DNA of 64,000 nucleotides, from assembly GCF_006345805.1 (NCBI RefSeq), contig NC_043000.1, positions 54,560,001 to 54,624,000 of the forward strand, read 5' to 3'. The stretch comes from Octopus sinensis (lineage: Eukaryota). A program made the position numbers and the translations under genes. The stretch's first letter is position 1; each line of letters begins with the position of its first letter. This document shows positions 30,051-43,509 of the stretch, piece after piece. The notes beneath the pieces were generated by a model. The model was not told the origin of the DNA and did not search any database. It saw nothing but the letters and a program-made list of their open reading frames with translations.

Positions 30051-32189
30051 AAGTTGTTTTTTAGTTCTCGACAAATCATATGTGTCCCTATTCTGAAACC
30101 AAGCAGTTATAAACTTCTGTAATAAAATGCAATTGGGGAAAAGTAACAATGTTCATGTTAGGAGTGTTGCGATTAATGTTAGGTTGGAACTGATCGACTT
30201 ATAACTATTTTAAAACTGTTCCAAACGTCACTGTTCAACCCCATCAAATCAAATTTTCTGGGATAATTACATCTACAAATATTTATCCAAAATGTAAAAT
30301 CTATCTTGTTTTCAAAGAATAGGAATTAATGTTAGGGGTATTTATGCGGTATTTCTTGGGGGTAGAATGACCAAAATAAACGTTTATTTCTATGCTCGGT
30401 TTACGTGTTATACATTTCGGTGGAATAGTATATGGAGATATGATTCGATATGAGTAACAGAGGATGGTTTTAAGATACACGGGAAACATTTCGGACAGTT
30501 ATCTATGCGTGAGTGTAAGTTAAAAGTGTGAGATTAAGTTTTCAGGTAGAAATACGACACATTTAATCTTAATCGTCATATTTATACACTTTCGTACCCA
30601 TACATACGCACGTAGACATAGATGCAGAAACCAACGCACATTATGAGAGAGCATTTCTAGACGCACGCTTGCGTGTATATTAATAAAATGTAACTTTCCC
30701 ACAAATATATTTGAAGTATTTATTAGGGTAATCGTGAAATGAAAATGTTGAAATCATGACACTTATCGATCGCATGGCACGCAATATAAAATATTAAACC
30801 TCGTACATCCGTATTGTCACAAACTTACAGTGCATATGGGCACAAATACACACGCACATATAAGTATGTATATGTCTGTGAATGTATGTTCCTATCTCTG
30901 AGTGTGTGTATATGTATTCGTTTACACTTGTAAATATAGATGTTAGAGACATGGGTAAATGTAAATATTCGCTCACTGTATATATGTGTGTGGATGTTTA
31001 TAAGTATATGTATGCACATACACACATACATACACACGTGTATATATTTACATTTGTCTATGTCTCTATCTACCTTATATATTTGCAAATGTATAGGAAT
31101 GAACACACAGAGAGTCAGACACGGGAAAATACTCACACGAACAAACACGCATAATGTGATTATATGGAGGCAAGCTTGATATTTGTGCAAGTAGACAGCA
31201 TTCAATTCATTTAAATACTGTTAAAGTAGCTTATGCTATATTTAATACGCAAAGAAAGCTTATATTTACATTTATCTCTGATTTTATAACCTTTGGAGAA
31301 AGCGTATAGAATTATAGACTGAATCATAGACTGCCTTACACCTTAGTCACAGCTGGAAATTTATATTGCCAATGCTTGTCATGAAATTATACTAAATTTG
31401 TTGATATCAATAAATGTTCAAACTGCGCGTAATATCTGTCTGATACGATGTTGGAGGACGAGTACAATAATAGGTCAAAGTGTGAACAGATGACCTTGCA
31501 CTGTGACTATATGAACGATAAAAACTCTCATCAGAGGAATATTCCATCAATGCCAAATCCATGTTTTTTTATTTTCCAAAGTATAACTTCAGTGATGTTT
31601 TTGTTGTGTATTATATCCCGGGTCATCTAGGACTATGAAGAAAAGAATCTCAGCAATACACATAACCACCTTGTTTTCAGATATCTATAAATATATAAGC
31701 AAGATTGAAGATAGTCATAAAGTTATCTTTTTCTTAAAGAAATCCGGCTTTTGAAGCCATATTTGGTAGTTATTTCACATTGGTGAAGCGTAACTTAAAG
31801 GCTCTGTGTTTGAGTTACTCAGCGTAATTATCCCTGCAGGTGTAGTTGCACACGGACACATCCACACATAGACGCACACACAAAGGCTCAGCGGTATACA
31901 CAGACACGCATATATTCACATTCAGACAAAATTTCTCACGAAAACTGACTCATCAAGAATATTTTCGTATAAATTCGTAGGCCTGTATCTATTTATGTAT
32001 GTATGTATGTATGTATGTATGTATGTATGTATGTATGTATGTATGTATACATTAAAACATACATACATTCATACATATATACACACGCACGTATATCCAC
32101 ACACACAAATAAATTTGCATAAAAAATGGTGCACGAACACTTAGCTCTGAATGCACCGCAACGAAATTCCTATAAGACAATGAAGCTCC

Positions 32190-33360
32190 CTGCATAACTT
32201 TTGGTTTTTGTCGACACAGAAAAAGCTTTTGACTGCATCTTCCACTCGCTTAATTGGTGGGAAATGCGAAACGTATGGATAAGATGTGCGTTTGTTGTAA
32301 GATGTACAGGCCATGTACCAGGATGCTAACAGTAAGGTGAAAGTCTGCAATATGTATAGAAAGGAATTCAATCTACATGTAGGAGTTCACGAAGGATCGA
32401 TTCTCAGCTCTTTATTGTTTATCATAAGGCTGCCCTTTAGAGCTCCTCCACAATGATGACCTTGATCTAGTTGAATGACTACTAGAATTAGAGATGAAAT
32501 TTTAGGTGTGAAAGTAAAGTCTAGAATTTAAGGGCTTTGGAGCTAAAAAGTAAAAAAGTAGGAAAACAGAAGAATCATTGATTCCTTGAAGCAGATAGCT
32601 CTGCTCGACATGTAAAAAAGATGTTAGTAGAAATTCCATACGGTAGACCCCGTGATAGCTATGAGCACACGCGTGATTCAGTGGTATAAAAGGAAGGTTA
32701 ACAGAGATAGTAGACTTTGTGTTGTAAATGTGCAGTTACTCTAAACACTAGGAATTTACAGAAAGTAGACTCCCTGAGGGTTATTAGAAGTAGTAGAGAG
32801 TTTCCGTTAATTCCACGACCAATCTCCAGTGAAGGAGGTAGTTCTGAATGCGTAGTTGCTCGAAATGGGAAGCGTTGGGCAATGCTCAAAGAGCTACTAC
32901 CTTTGTTAAGAACAAGAGATCTCTCCCTCAGAGTGAAAGGCAGATTGTATGATGCCTGTGTACATACAGCTATGTTATATAGTATTGAGACATGGACTGT
33001 GGCTCTTGAGGATATGTGAAAGCTTAAAAGAAATGAGGCAGAGAGCTACGATGGAGAAGTAATGTCAGTGTACATGTACAACAGAATGTATGTGATTTGA
33101 GAGAATAATTGGATATACGAGGTATCAGATATAACTTGCAAGAAAGAAGACTGCATTGGTATGGTCATTTTGAACTTCACAGAAAAGATGTCAATAAGTC
33201 GACACTTGACTTCTGGCGGTTTGCGATGATTCAGAAGACACATCAAGCTAAGTAAAATTGTGGCCGTCCTTACATACAAGCAAGTCTTCTATGCCTCTGT
33301 TTCAATTGAGAGGCCCTAGCCAATGCTATGTAAGAGCGTCTGTGCCGGTGCCGCGTAAGA
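32190..33360 (+). mobile_element. RTE-like LINE RT fragment
   Basis: Decayed F.D.EKAFD, GVH.GS.LS.LLF, PLELL..DDL and KELLPLLRTRDLSLRVKGRLYDACVHTAMLY..ETW. Confidence 0.85.
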
Positions 33361-33450
33361 GCCGCTATGTCAGTGTCACGTAATAATGAGCCTTGTCATT
33401 GCCACGACGATGATGATGATGATGAAAATGATGATGATGAGCTTTATGTA

Positions 33451-34180
33451 GAAGGTCTGGTAAACAAATGTCCGGATTATTGCCATAATACCGAATCTAA
33501 AGCACGCAGAGTAAAACGCTTGGCGAAGATTGACATAGAGAGTTGCTGTGCATGCGCACTTAGTTTCGATGTTCTAGCTCACTCCCGTTGTTTACGGCAG
33601 TGCTTAGGAGGAAGGTGTGTAGCGTGTGATCGTCACATTGACCACGACAGAGAGAATTGCCATGAAGATACCTGCGCAGAGGTCTACGCAAAGATGCAAG
33701 AAGTGTATGGAGAGAAGTGTATGAGCTGCATACAAGTGTAAGAGTGGGTCAGATGTTTCCGAGATAGTGAGAAAAACGTCGATATTGAAGAACGTTTTGG
33801 AAGACCTGAAACCAGCAGAACTGAGGAAAACATCGCAGATGTGCGTGCAGCTCAGAGGAGAAATCCCGAATCACCATCCATGAATCGCCAGAAGACGTGC
33901 ATGTTAGTTACAGTCCATTTAAGTTCGTTATCACTGAAAATTTGGGTATAAGACGTGTGTCTGCCAAGTTTGTGTCAAAACCGCTTTCAGCTGTACAAAA
34001 TGTCTTTGATTGTGTCGAGAACGATGAAAAGCTTTCGAACGTTAGCGCAGGCCTCTCATCAGGTATCGCCAAGCTTTTTGCAAAATTTGATGCAGATTCT
34101 CAGCTCAACTTACTCTGTCGGGGTCAATGCGATGATCATATGCTACACACTTTCCTTTCAAGCACGGCTGTAAACAGCAA
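33451..34180 (+). mobile_element. Mariner remnant, internally deleted
   Basis: QEVYGEKCMS..QV.EWV..FRD...EERFGRPETSRTEENI...LGIRRVSAKFV; TA followed by a TIR-like gaaggtctggtaaacaaatgtccgg. Confidence 0.8.
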
Positions 34181-34187
34181 AAGTGAG

Positions 34188-34225
<38 letters not shown>

Positions 34226-35108
34226 CTGACCAGACTGAGATTCAAACGACCGTTTTCACTTCACTCACTAGGCTACTATTATACGCTGACAATTGCGACC
34301 TGGTCAGTCAATCTGAAACAGGCCTGCAACCTTTTGCATCTGCATTCGACTCATCTTATGATTAGCTTGGCTTGGCAATCAACTTGAAAAAAGAACAATT
34401 GTCATGTATCAACCTGCATCTAATGCAGTATGCATTCCCGCTAAAATTTCCGTTAAGAGTAAGTTACTTAAGGGTCTTGACTCTCTTTCATCTACCTTGG
34501 AAGCTCTGTACAAAATGATGGAAATCTGGACACAGAAATACATTTGCGAATTCAAAGGGCAGCACATGTAGTTTGTGATTTGGAGTCACAAGTTCGGTAC
34601 CGACGACATATAAATAACTACACAAAATTGATTATTTACAAATTCTCTGTCTTACCACCTTTGTTGTATTCTTCTCAATCATGGACGTGTTATATATATA
34701 TATATATATATATACGAGTGTATATGTAAATAAGTTTCTTTCTCCCAATATTTTTCTTCTTAGCTTCAATGCATCTACATATGTATATATGTATATATGT
34801 ATATATGTTTCTATGTACGAATATGTGTGTGCGTCCGTGTGTGTGCGCGCGTTCATGTGTGTGTGTGTCGTGTTAGGTCCATTGAAATGTTTCTAGGGCA
34901 CATTATTAGCCTTTACAATTGGAACTGTTTTTGAAATATTTGCATTGACCTAACCTTAGTTTGTTTCTCATCTCTGCTTCTCGCAACTAACATGCATACA
35001 TATATGCATACATGTATACATTCAAACATACATACACACATGCATACGTACATGCAGGCATTTATACATCCATATATACATATATATATAAACATATATG
35101 TACGTATG

Positions 35109-35171
<63 letters not shown>

Positions 35172-35247
35172 TGATCCGTGCATGCATGCATTTATACATA
35201 CACATATACATATATATATATATAAACATATATGTACGTACGTATAT

Positions 35248-35305
<58 letters not shown>

Positions 35306-35309
<4 letters not shown>

Positions 35310-36336
35310 TAGGAGGTGAAATATAATTAATTTAATAAAATCAATAAATTTCACCTAGTAGTATTTCTGTATGGAAAGGACCATATTCGGTATATATAGC
35401 GTACTGAACCGTGATAGGTGATTCAACAAAAAAGGTATTCCATCTAGTGAGAGATAAATATTATTATTTAAAGGTCACCAGAAGAATATGTTTTAGTTCT
35501 CTCAATATTGAAATTATTAGTGGCGCTTTAATGCATGTATTTTAACCTTTAAATTATATATATATATATACATATGTATGTGTGTGTATGTATGTATGTA
35601 TGTATGTATGTATGTATATATATAAGCAAATTTCGTAGCCAATTCGACGTGGCTGTCCGTTCGAACGGACTTTACTGCGATTTTTTTAGCCCCGAGAGGA
35701 TATCTCCTGTAGCTGGTTAACGATGCACAGCTGCAGCCGATACCCTGCTGAGCAAGGGAGCGAGCCTTTACCACCTTCTACCTACGGGACCAGCAGAACA
35801 GCCAGGCAAGTTGGCAAAAACGTTAGTATGCCGGGCGTAATGCCTAGCGGAATTTCGTCTGTCTTTTCATTCTGAGTTCAAATTGCACCGAGGTCGACTT
35901 TGCCTTTCATCATTTCGGGGTCGATAAATTTAGTACCTGTTGCGTACTGAAGTCGATCTAATCGACTGGCTTCCTCCCCACCAAATGTCGGGCCTTGTAC
36001 CTAGATTAGAAAAGACCGGCCTGGTTTCGGGCTATTACTGCCTCTCTTCGGTACTGGACATCCCGTGTACTGGTCCCGTCGCTAGAATATGTTAAGGGTT
36101 CGCTCCCCTGTTTGCTCTGTATCGGATGCAGCTGTGCATCGTTAGCCAGTTAGAGGACATGTCCCTTTGGGGTTTAAAAATCGCAGTAAAGTCCTTTCAA
36201 ACATACATCCATGTGGAAGTGACTATGAACATTACTTGTTAGTACAACTACTGAATTGATCTCTGGCAGAGATTTCAAAATTAGCATTCTTGCTTATATG
36301 TATATATATATATATTATATATATATATATATATAT

Positions 36337-36373
<37 letters not shown>

Positions 36374-37348
36374 TAGGAGGTGAAATATAATTAATTTAAT
36401 AAAATCAATAAATTTCACCTAGTAGTATTTCGGTATGGAAAGGACCATATTCGGTATATATAGCGTACTGAACCGTGATAGGTGATTCAACAAAAAAGGT
36501 ATTCCATCTAGTGAGAGATAAATATTATTATTTAAAGGTCACCAGAAGAATATGTTTTAGTTCTCTCAATATTGAAATTATTAGTGGCGCTTTAATGCAT
36601 GTATTTTAACCTTTAAATTATATATATATATGTTGTGTGTGTGTGTGTATTTATGTATGTATGTATGTATGTATATATATAAGCAAATTTCGTAGCCAAT
36701 TCGACGTGGCTGTCCGTTCGAACGGACTTTACTGCGATTTTTTTAGCCCCGAGAGGATATCTCCTGTAGCTGGTTAACGATGCACAGCTGCAGCCGATAC
36801 CCTGCTGAGCAAGGGAGCGAGCCTTTACCACCTTCTACCTACGGGACCAGCAGAACAGCCAGGCAAGTTGGCAAAAACGTTAGTATGCCGGCGTAATGCC
36901 TAGCGGAATTTCGTCTGTCTTTTCATTCTGAGTTCAAATTCCACCGAGGTCGACTTTGCCTTTCATCATTTCGGGGTCGATAAATTTAGTACCTGTTGCG
37001 TACTGAAGTCGATCTAATCGACTGGCTTCCTCCCCACCAAATGTCGGGCCTTGTACCTAGATTAGAAAAGACCGGCCTGGTTTCGGGCTATTACTGCCTC
37101 TCTCCGGTACTGGACATCCCGTGTACTGGTCCCGTCGCTAGAATATGTTAAGGGTTCGCTCCCCTGATTGCACTGTATCGGATGCAGCTGTGCATCGTTA
37201 GCCAGTTAGAGGACATGTCCCTTTGGGGTTTAAAAATCGCAGTAAAGTCCTTTCAAACAGACATCCATGTGGAAGTGACTATGGACATTACTTGTTAGTA
37301 CAACTACTGAATTGATCTCTGGCAGAGATTTCAAAATTAGCATTCTTG

Positions 37349-37356
<8 letters not shown>
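35306..37356. repeat. ~1.06-kb near-identical tandem duplication
   Basis: Copies start at 35306 and 36370 (cagataggaggtgaaat) and end at 36300 and 37356; the junction lies in (TA)n; few substitutions. Each copy holds a Meta-like SINE (35804-36015, 36861-37071). Confidence 0.95.
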
Positions 37357-37419
<63 letters not shown>

Positions 37420-37699
37420 GTATGTGTGTGTATGTATGTATGTATGTATGTACGTATGTATGTATGTGCAGTGTCATCAGTAAAATACAAGTTAAACGAA
37501 CCTTATATAGTATGTGATCATATTTTCTTTCATATATTTTATTGGGCTTCGCCATATGCTTCCGGCTAACAGCTTATGTATGAAGTGGAATTATGTGCGT
37601 ACGTTTTTCACAAAATTTCATATACTATTTTAAAGTGGGCGAGGTTTGAGAGTCGTTAAAACATCGGTCAAAATATGCACTGGTATTATTGTAGGGATT

Positions 37700-38620
37700 C
37701 TACATTCAATTCCTATGGGACACAGCTCTGCCTGTCATCCCTCATAAGGCTACAAAATAATTTACCAGACAACTACTGGAAGTGTTTGTATCATCAAATT
37801 CTCTCTCTTAAACTTGCTAGCTTGTGCCTTAATTAGAAACTGCTATTTTTATTATTATCTCATATCTTATGAGATATTTAATCTTCTGGTGACTACTACC
37901 CCTCCTGCATAGATCAATAAATTAGTGCCTCCTATATTTTTAGTGTCTATCCTACTGATAACAGAATCCAAATTCCTGGTCATTTGTAGCAGCTTCCTTC
38001 TGTTGGTGCCTATTAATTTTGGCAATCTTTTTCTTACTTCTTTATTCATTACTTCCTGCAAATTATCTAAAATCGGATCTTCCACACTTAAATCACCCAA
38101 AGTCGTTGCCGCCAGTTGTCCCTTCTTTATTGGTAGCGCTTTTGTTATTTTCTTTTTGCTTCAGTTTCTTCTTTGGATTGAGCTGTATCATTTATGTTGT
38201 TGTTGGTCTTTCCCACTGCCTGGTCTTTCTTTTCCAGTTTTCTTGTGATCGCTTCTACCTCCAATTCGGTCATCCACTTTCTTCTCCTAATACTATTAGC
38301 TTGATCAACTAATCTCTGCTCAGTCACTTTAAAATACCCTTCCCTACCCAAAGTCTTAACATCCATTTTCTATAGCCCTGTCTTTTAGGTTCGCTTTCTA
38401 AGTTACACATTATCATTATTCTGTTTTCTTCGCTGGTCCACTTCATCCACCTTGCTCTATCAAGTGCCGCTTCTGTAATAGGATATCAGTTGTTGTCAGT
38501 CTGCATCTTTACTGAACCACTGCCGAGCAAGAAGCCTTCTCTGAAAGGTCCAGGTTCATTTTCCCTGTTACAATCACAGTGACTTCGGAAACCTCTGCCT
38601 CTCATAAACTGAGGTAAGGT
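37700..38620 (-). mobile_element. Dong/R4 N-terminal ORF fragment
   Basis: KWTSEENRIMI.C...SEPKRQGYRK, EGYFKVTEQRLVDQANSIRRRKWMTELE and LPKL...IDTKNI.GTNLLIYAGGVVV. Confidence 0.8.
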
Positions 38621-39060
38621 AATATTCGTCAACATCGTCATCATCATTATTATTTTTCGACATCTGAAAGTTTCAAGCCACTATTGCATCATTTGTTGCA
38701 CATACGTGCTGGTGGGGTGAGGTGTGCTGCATTTTTTGTGTGGGGAGGGCGATATTGTATAGTATCAATATGTTTTGTTATGGGGTTTGGTTTGAGTCTT
38801 TTGTTGTAGTAGTTTTTATATTGTGTGTTGTTTGTGCAGCGCAGGTTGTGTTCTTCTGTCGAGTATCAGCCATCTATGGCACATCTTGTGGGTTTTGTTC
38901 ATTTTGTTAGGTATTTACAGTATGAGTTTATTTCTGTATGTTTTTGGAGGGGTATAGCGCAGTAGTGTGTGTAAGTCATAAATCAACTATTTTATAGTAT
39001 TTATAATCATCCACGCGCTGTTGTTTCACTTTTGGTTAGTTATGTTATGGATTCCGTTAA

Positions 39061-39118
<58 letters not shown>

Positions 39119-39149
39119 CATTATTATTGTTATAATTATTATCATTATA

Positions 39150-40439
39150 TTTATTATTAAGAGCAGAGCAGTATCGAAGCTGTTAACCAACTTCCCATTG
39201 CGTCGAATTTCACGTTACTCCTTGATATAAGGTTTAGCTATCATATGTTTACGATAATTTATAATCAATTAAAATGGAAACTACGCTATCATATTCGTAG
39301 AGATAGTAAAATAATATTATATAAATTATTGACTAAGATTATCAGAATAACTCTTTCGCATCTGTCAAGCAAATTTATTCTATTATGCTGGAATGGTTCG
39401 ACAGGGTTCGAATAAGGTCATAAATTCCTTTATCCAATGGGACCTTGGATAAATGTATGTAACGTCAGTCTTATAAATATGCATTTATAAAACTGCCGTT
39501 ATTACTTATGGTAATTGTGTTATATGAAGCTATTATGGGAATTAAGCATTCCGAAATATATTATGATTCTTTATGAATAGAAGTAGGTATAAATTTTGAT
39601 GACTACATGAGAAAAAATACTTTTGTGAGCACTCCTATTGATATGAGTATAGTGAAGTGTGATTCGGTTTAGAGCTCTGAATATATCGATATATTTATAC
39701 TAATATATCTCGGATAAGCATACCGGAATTTAGGTGAGGTCCATACCAATGGATGTGCGGTCAATGCATAATAAATGGATTTAGGAATAATCGGCTTCTC
39801 TTTTACAATGGGCTTAGTCTTTTGGTCGAATTGATACCATTTTATCTCTTTGAGCATCTTTTGCATGGGACCCCGAATATAATGGATTCTTTTACCTTTT
39901 CGGAAAAAAAGTAACGAGTCTCTTTACAACAACATGTATTGGAACCGATCTTAAACATGTTATTATGGATATAACATTGATATATTCACGGTTATCCATT
40001 AAAATGTAATTTTTTAAAGAATAATCTGCTTCATACCATGAATCATTAGCATAAGATTGATTCCAATATGGGATCTGTTTATGAACTAAAACATTAGAAT
40101 TAAACATAGTAGATATCACATATACATTTGAATGAGTATGTAAGATTGACCTCAACCTTAAAGCTTACCGTAATACGTTGTAGAGATTTTGCTAAAAATA
40201 AAACGGCAACTGAGATATAGAGCTGTGTTTTATTGAGATTGTTCTGTCTTTTGCAGCTTCTAAGATCTTCAAGTGAAAATATAGCTTGAAATCTCTTGAA
40301 GATTTCATAAATGATAATATAGCTTAGATCTCTACCGTTTTTATTCTTTTCTTAAATCTGGAATTGAACAGTAGATACGTTATATCGCAGCGCTTTCATG
40401 TCAATGATCATTTCCCCATCTTTTAATAATGATATTTTT
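39150..40439 (-). pseudogene. Class C GPCR-like (mGluR/CaSR-like) large 3' exon: end of Venus flytrap domain, Cys-rich domain, 7TM; multiply disabled
   Basis: Acceptor ttttatatttag at 40440. Mixed frames give EIFKRFQAIF..C, VAVLFLAKSLQRI..CICD, YSLKNY..REYINV (cf. mGluR5 YEIMNF..DYINVGSW), PCKRC, YQFDQKT, PLVWTSP, IQSSKP/ESHFTILISIG, YKTD and NNLYNIILLSL. Several stops and frameshifts. Aligned by eye. Confidence 0.6.
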
Positions 40440-41352
40440 CTAAATATAAAACGCATATATTGAAAAATATACACCACAAAATAGTGAAGGCAGCATTAAA
40501 AATATATGGAAGTGAAATTGTTTGAAAAAATATATATTACGTAATCACTAGAGGGACTTCTGATTCAGGCTGTATATATATATATAACATATATACGCGT
40601 GTGTTTATGTGCGTGCGTATCTGTGTATGCGTCTATGTAGAAATATGTGCATAGGAGTGTGTGAGTTACATAAGAGTATTACCACAAGCAATCTAATAAT
40701 TTATTTATGTCATCTATAATTTGATCTATTTATTTATTTACTTCTTTCGCTTTAATATTTTAGTTATTATTCTGTGAGTATGAGTGCACTTCACTATATA
40801 TATGCAGTGGCGTCGGTGGAATATGATTACATCTGTTTTTCTTTTCATATAAAATGATGCTTATCTTCTTTGACAAAATATTCCACCAATTCACGTCGTT
40901 CTTCGTTGAAATTATATTTCTTTCTATCGTTCTGAAGACTAGCTGTAGTTCATACAAGTTTCGTTTCCGATAATGCAAAATTAGTCAGAAAAAGTATTTG
41001 AAAATATTTTATATCACATCTACAGATGAAAATATCATTTCCTTGAGAACACATTGGCAGATAGAACGCAAAGACTTAGCATTTATTCGGTTATTTAAGG
41101 TTAACGTTGGACACGAATAAGAAAAATGTTTAAATGTTTTTCTTCTGTACAAATATGTGTAAAACCAATCTAGTGTCCTCTGATTCTAATCTCTGTGACA
41201 ATAAATGGCATATAAATACAGACAGACAAACAAACAGACAGATTTATGCAGACACAGATGCCTATACAGGTTACAATTAACTCCGTAATCAATCACCGGT
41301 CTATATATGACCAATGACACTCTACGAGGGATTACATGACACCATTAAGAAT

Positions 41353-41463
41353 ATCTTGCGGTTAGTAACCCGCGCTCTTAACCACTACGCCATATACCCC
41401 TAGTGGTTAAGTGCGCGGGCTACTAACCCCAAGATTTCGAGTTCAATTCCAGGCAGTCACGGG
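41353..41463 (+). mobile_element. Short tRNA-derived SINE head with an inverted partial copy, running into an (AAT)n tail
   Basis: A box tagtggttaag, B box gagttcaattcc; 41353-41387 is the reverse complement of 41401-41435 (32/35); (AAT)n at 41464-41615. Confidence 0.7.
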
Positions 41464-41473
41464 AATAATAATA

Positions 41474-41518
<45 letters not shown>

Positions 41519-41521
41519 GTA

Positions 41522-41581
<60 letters not shown>

Positions 41582-41619
41582 TAATAATAATAATAACAAC
41601 AACAATAATAATAACAATT

Positions 41620-43440
41620 AAGGGTATTCGGCATCTTTTGTGTCCACATGACTCCCAAATCCCACTTGTGTATCCACGTAGGTGATTGCATGCAGTAGCA
41701 ACCACACTTCAGTAAAATATTTCAACATCTACATAACCGACAAGCGTAGACAACGTGTATGTAACTTTTGGTCATATAGGATATGCCGACCTATGCATGT
41801 GAAGACAGTAAACAGCAGACACAGCGGAAGAGGCCTTCTTCGTTCAACCGAGAGGAAGGTCAAGCTCTAATTCTTCTTACAAGTGAATTTAACTGAACAG
41901 GGTACTTGTATAAAATTGACAAAAAGAAAATGGGACATTTATTTTACATGGGCGACTTAAAACAATATGATGAAAACAAATGAGCTTGAAGGCTTATTAC
42001 GTACTGTGAAATCATTCAGTGATGACACCAGGATGGAGTTTGCTCTTGATAAGTGTGCCAGGAACCACTTTCAAAAAATGGAAATTGAAAACCTCAAAGT
42101 CAGTCTTTTGGATGTTGACAGTTGTTAAAGAATTTGAGCAGGAACAAAAGTATTAAAATCTATGAGTAGATGAAAACTCTGGCGTTCAGTATGAAAGCAT
42201 GAAAGAGAAGATGAGGAAGGTATACGACAGAAGAGTTTGAACAGTTCTGAAAGCTGAAATAAAAATGCATAACAATGTGTTAGCTGTAAACTGCTTTGCC
42301 TTTTTTATTCTTAGTTATAGCGTCAATGAGTTAGATAAGGAAATCAGTAACAAAAAGGAACTTAAAAGAAATATATTGTAAGGTTCTTAATTATAAAAAG
42401 ATGCACCGACCAAAGGCAGACGTTCATCGTCTTTAACTTTTCAGAGCCCAATTAAATCGTAGCCTGATCCAGTATAAAATTTCATACACAAGCACCACAA
42501 TTCCACTGGCTAAATATCTTCAAACAGCTAACGCCTAGATCGTAAAACTCGTTGAATGCCACGAGAGACGTAAGCGGCTTCATTCTGTCTTAAAGGAGAG
42601 CAAACGATTTGCTACAGATTTCATGACTGATACGCAGGCGGAATTTCTCTCAGGAAGTGTGGCAACAGTTGTTGTGAAAAGAGTAAAGTTAATAGCAAAA
42701 AATGCGCATGAATAATTGGCTGGTAGGTGGGAGCAAAATCCTCTTTATATCCAGTATGTACCTAGAAACAAAGATGCTCATTTTAACCAGAAGATCATCT
42801 AATAGTGGCTACGGAGGTCAAGGCTAAAGACAGAGAGCTTATTGACCCTGAAGTACCGAGCCAATGTGATGAAGAATGGAGTAGATCCAAAAAGCCGATT
42901 CTACAATGATGAGATAGAAACAGTGGATCAATTAATCTGCGGCTGTAAAGTTTAAATACCAGTAGAGTATAAATTAAAACAGGATAAAGTTGGCCAATAT
43001 ATACATTGCTTAACATGTCATCATCATAAAATCAAATCTGTGGAGAAGGATCATAAGAACCAACTTAGGTTATAACTGAGATAGAAAAGATAACGTTTCT
43101 TTGACACTTCTCATGACATACAGACAGAACGCTGCAAAGCTAAGAAACCGGTTATTGTTGTTAAAGACTAAAATAATGAAGTCTGAGTATTGTAGTCTTA
43201 ATATTTCGGCAAAACTGGTACGTCACAAGTATCGAGAAGTGCGTCGTCGCTGTAATAACGATTACCTTCCATGTAAATATTTTTTGTTCGTAACCGTATT
43301 TGAGTTTGTAAATAAACACACTTTTGTGTTTATTTTAACCGCCTATCAATGTATACAATGTGCTTCTTTGCCCTAAGTATCTGGAAGACACTCGGCAAGT
43401 AATGGAACCAAAATTGCAAGAAGACAATAATAATAAACAT
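41620..43440 (+). mobile_element. Dong/R4 element, decayed (putative 5' UTR, RT, thumb, knuckle, 3' end)
   Basis: FYMGDLKQY..LLRTVKSFSDDTRMEFALDKCA, MKEKMRKVYDRRV, MHRPKADVHRL and DKVGQYIH; (AAT)n arrays at both ends. Confidence 0.85.
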
Positions 43441-43509
43441 CGCCAACTCAGATTTCGGTTAAAAAATATACACATGTTGTTAACTACAATATCTAGTCAA
43501 ACGCAAATC

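Noticed and set aside
31400-31640. Minus-strand KHGFGIDGIFL**EF resembling the GH18 chitinase motif
   Set aside because: Stops within the motif and nothing else supports it.
33367-33741. 124-aa acidic/Cys-rich ORF as a host gene
   Set aside because: It is a (GAT)n tract plus the start of a decayed mariner transposase.
36030-36105. Twister-ribozyme-like ctggtcccgtcgctag...aaggg
   Set aside because: Lacks the UAA cleavage loop, P2 pairing and the invariant GAGGG.
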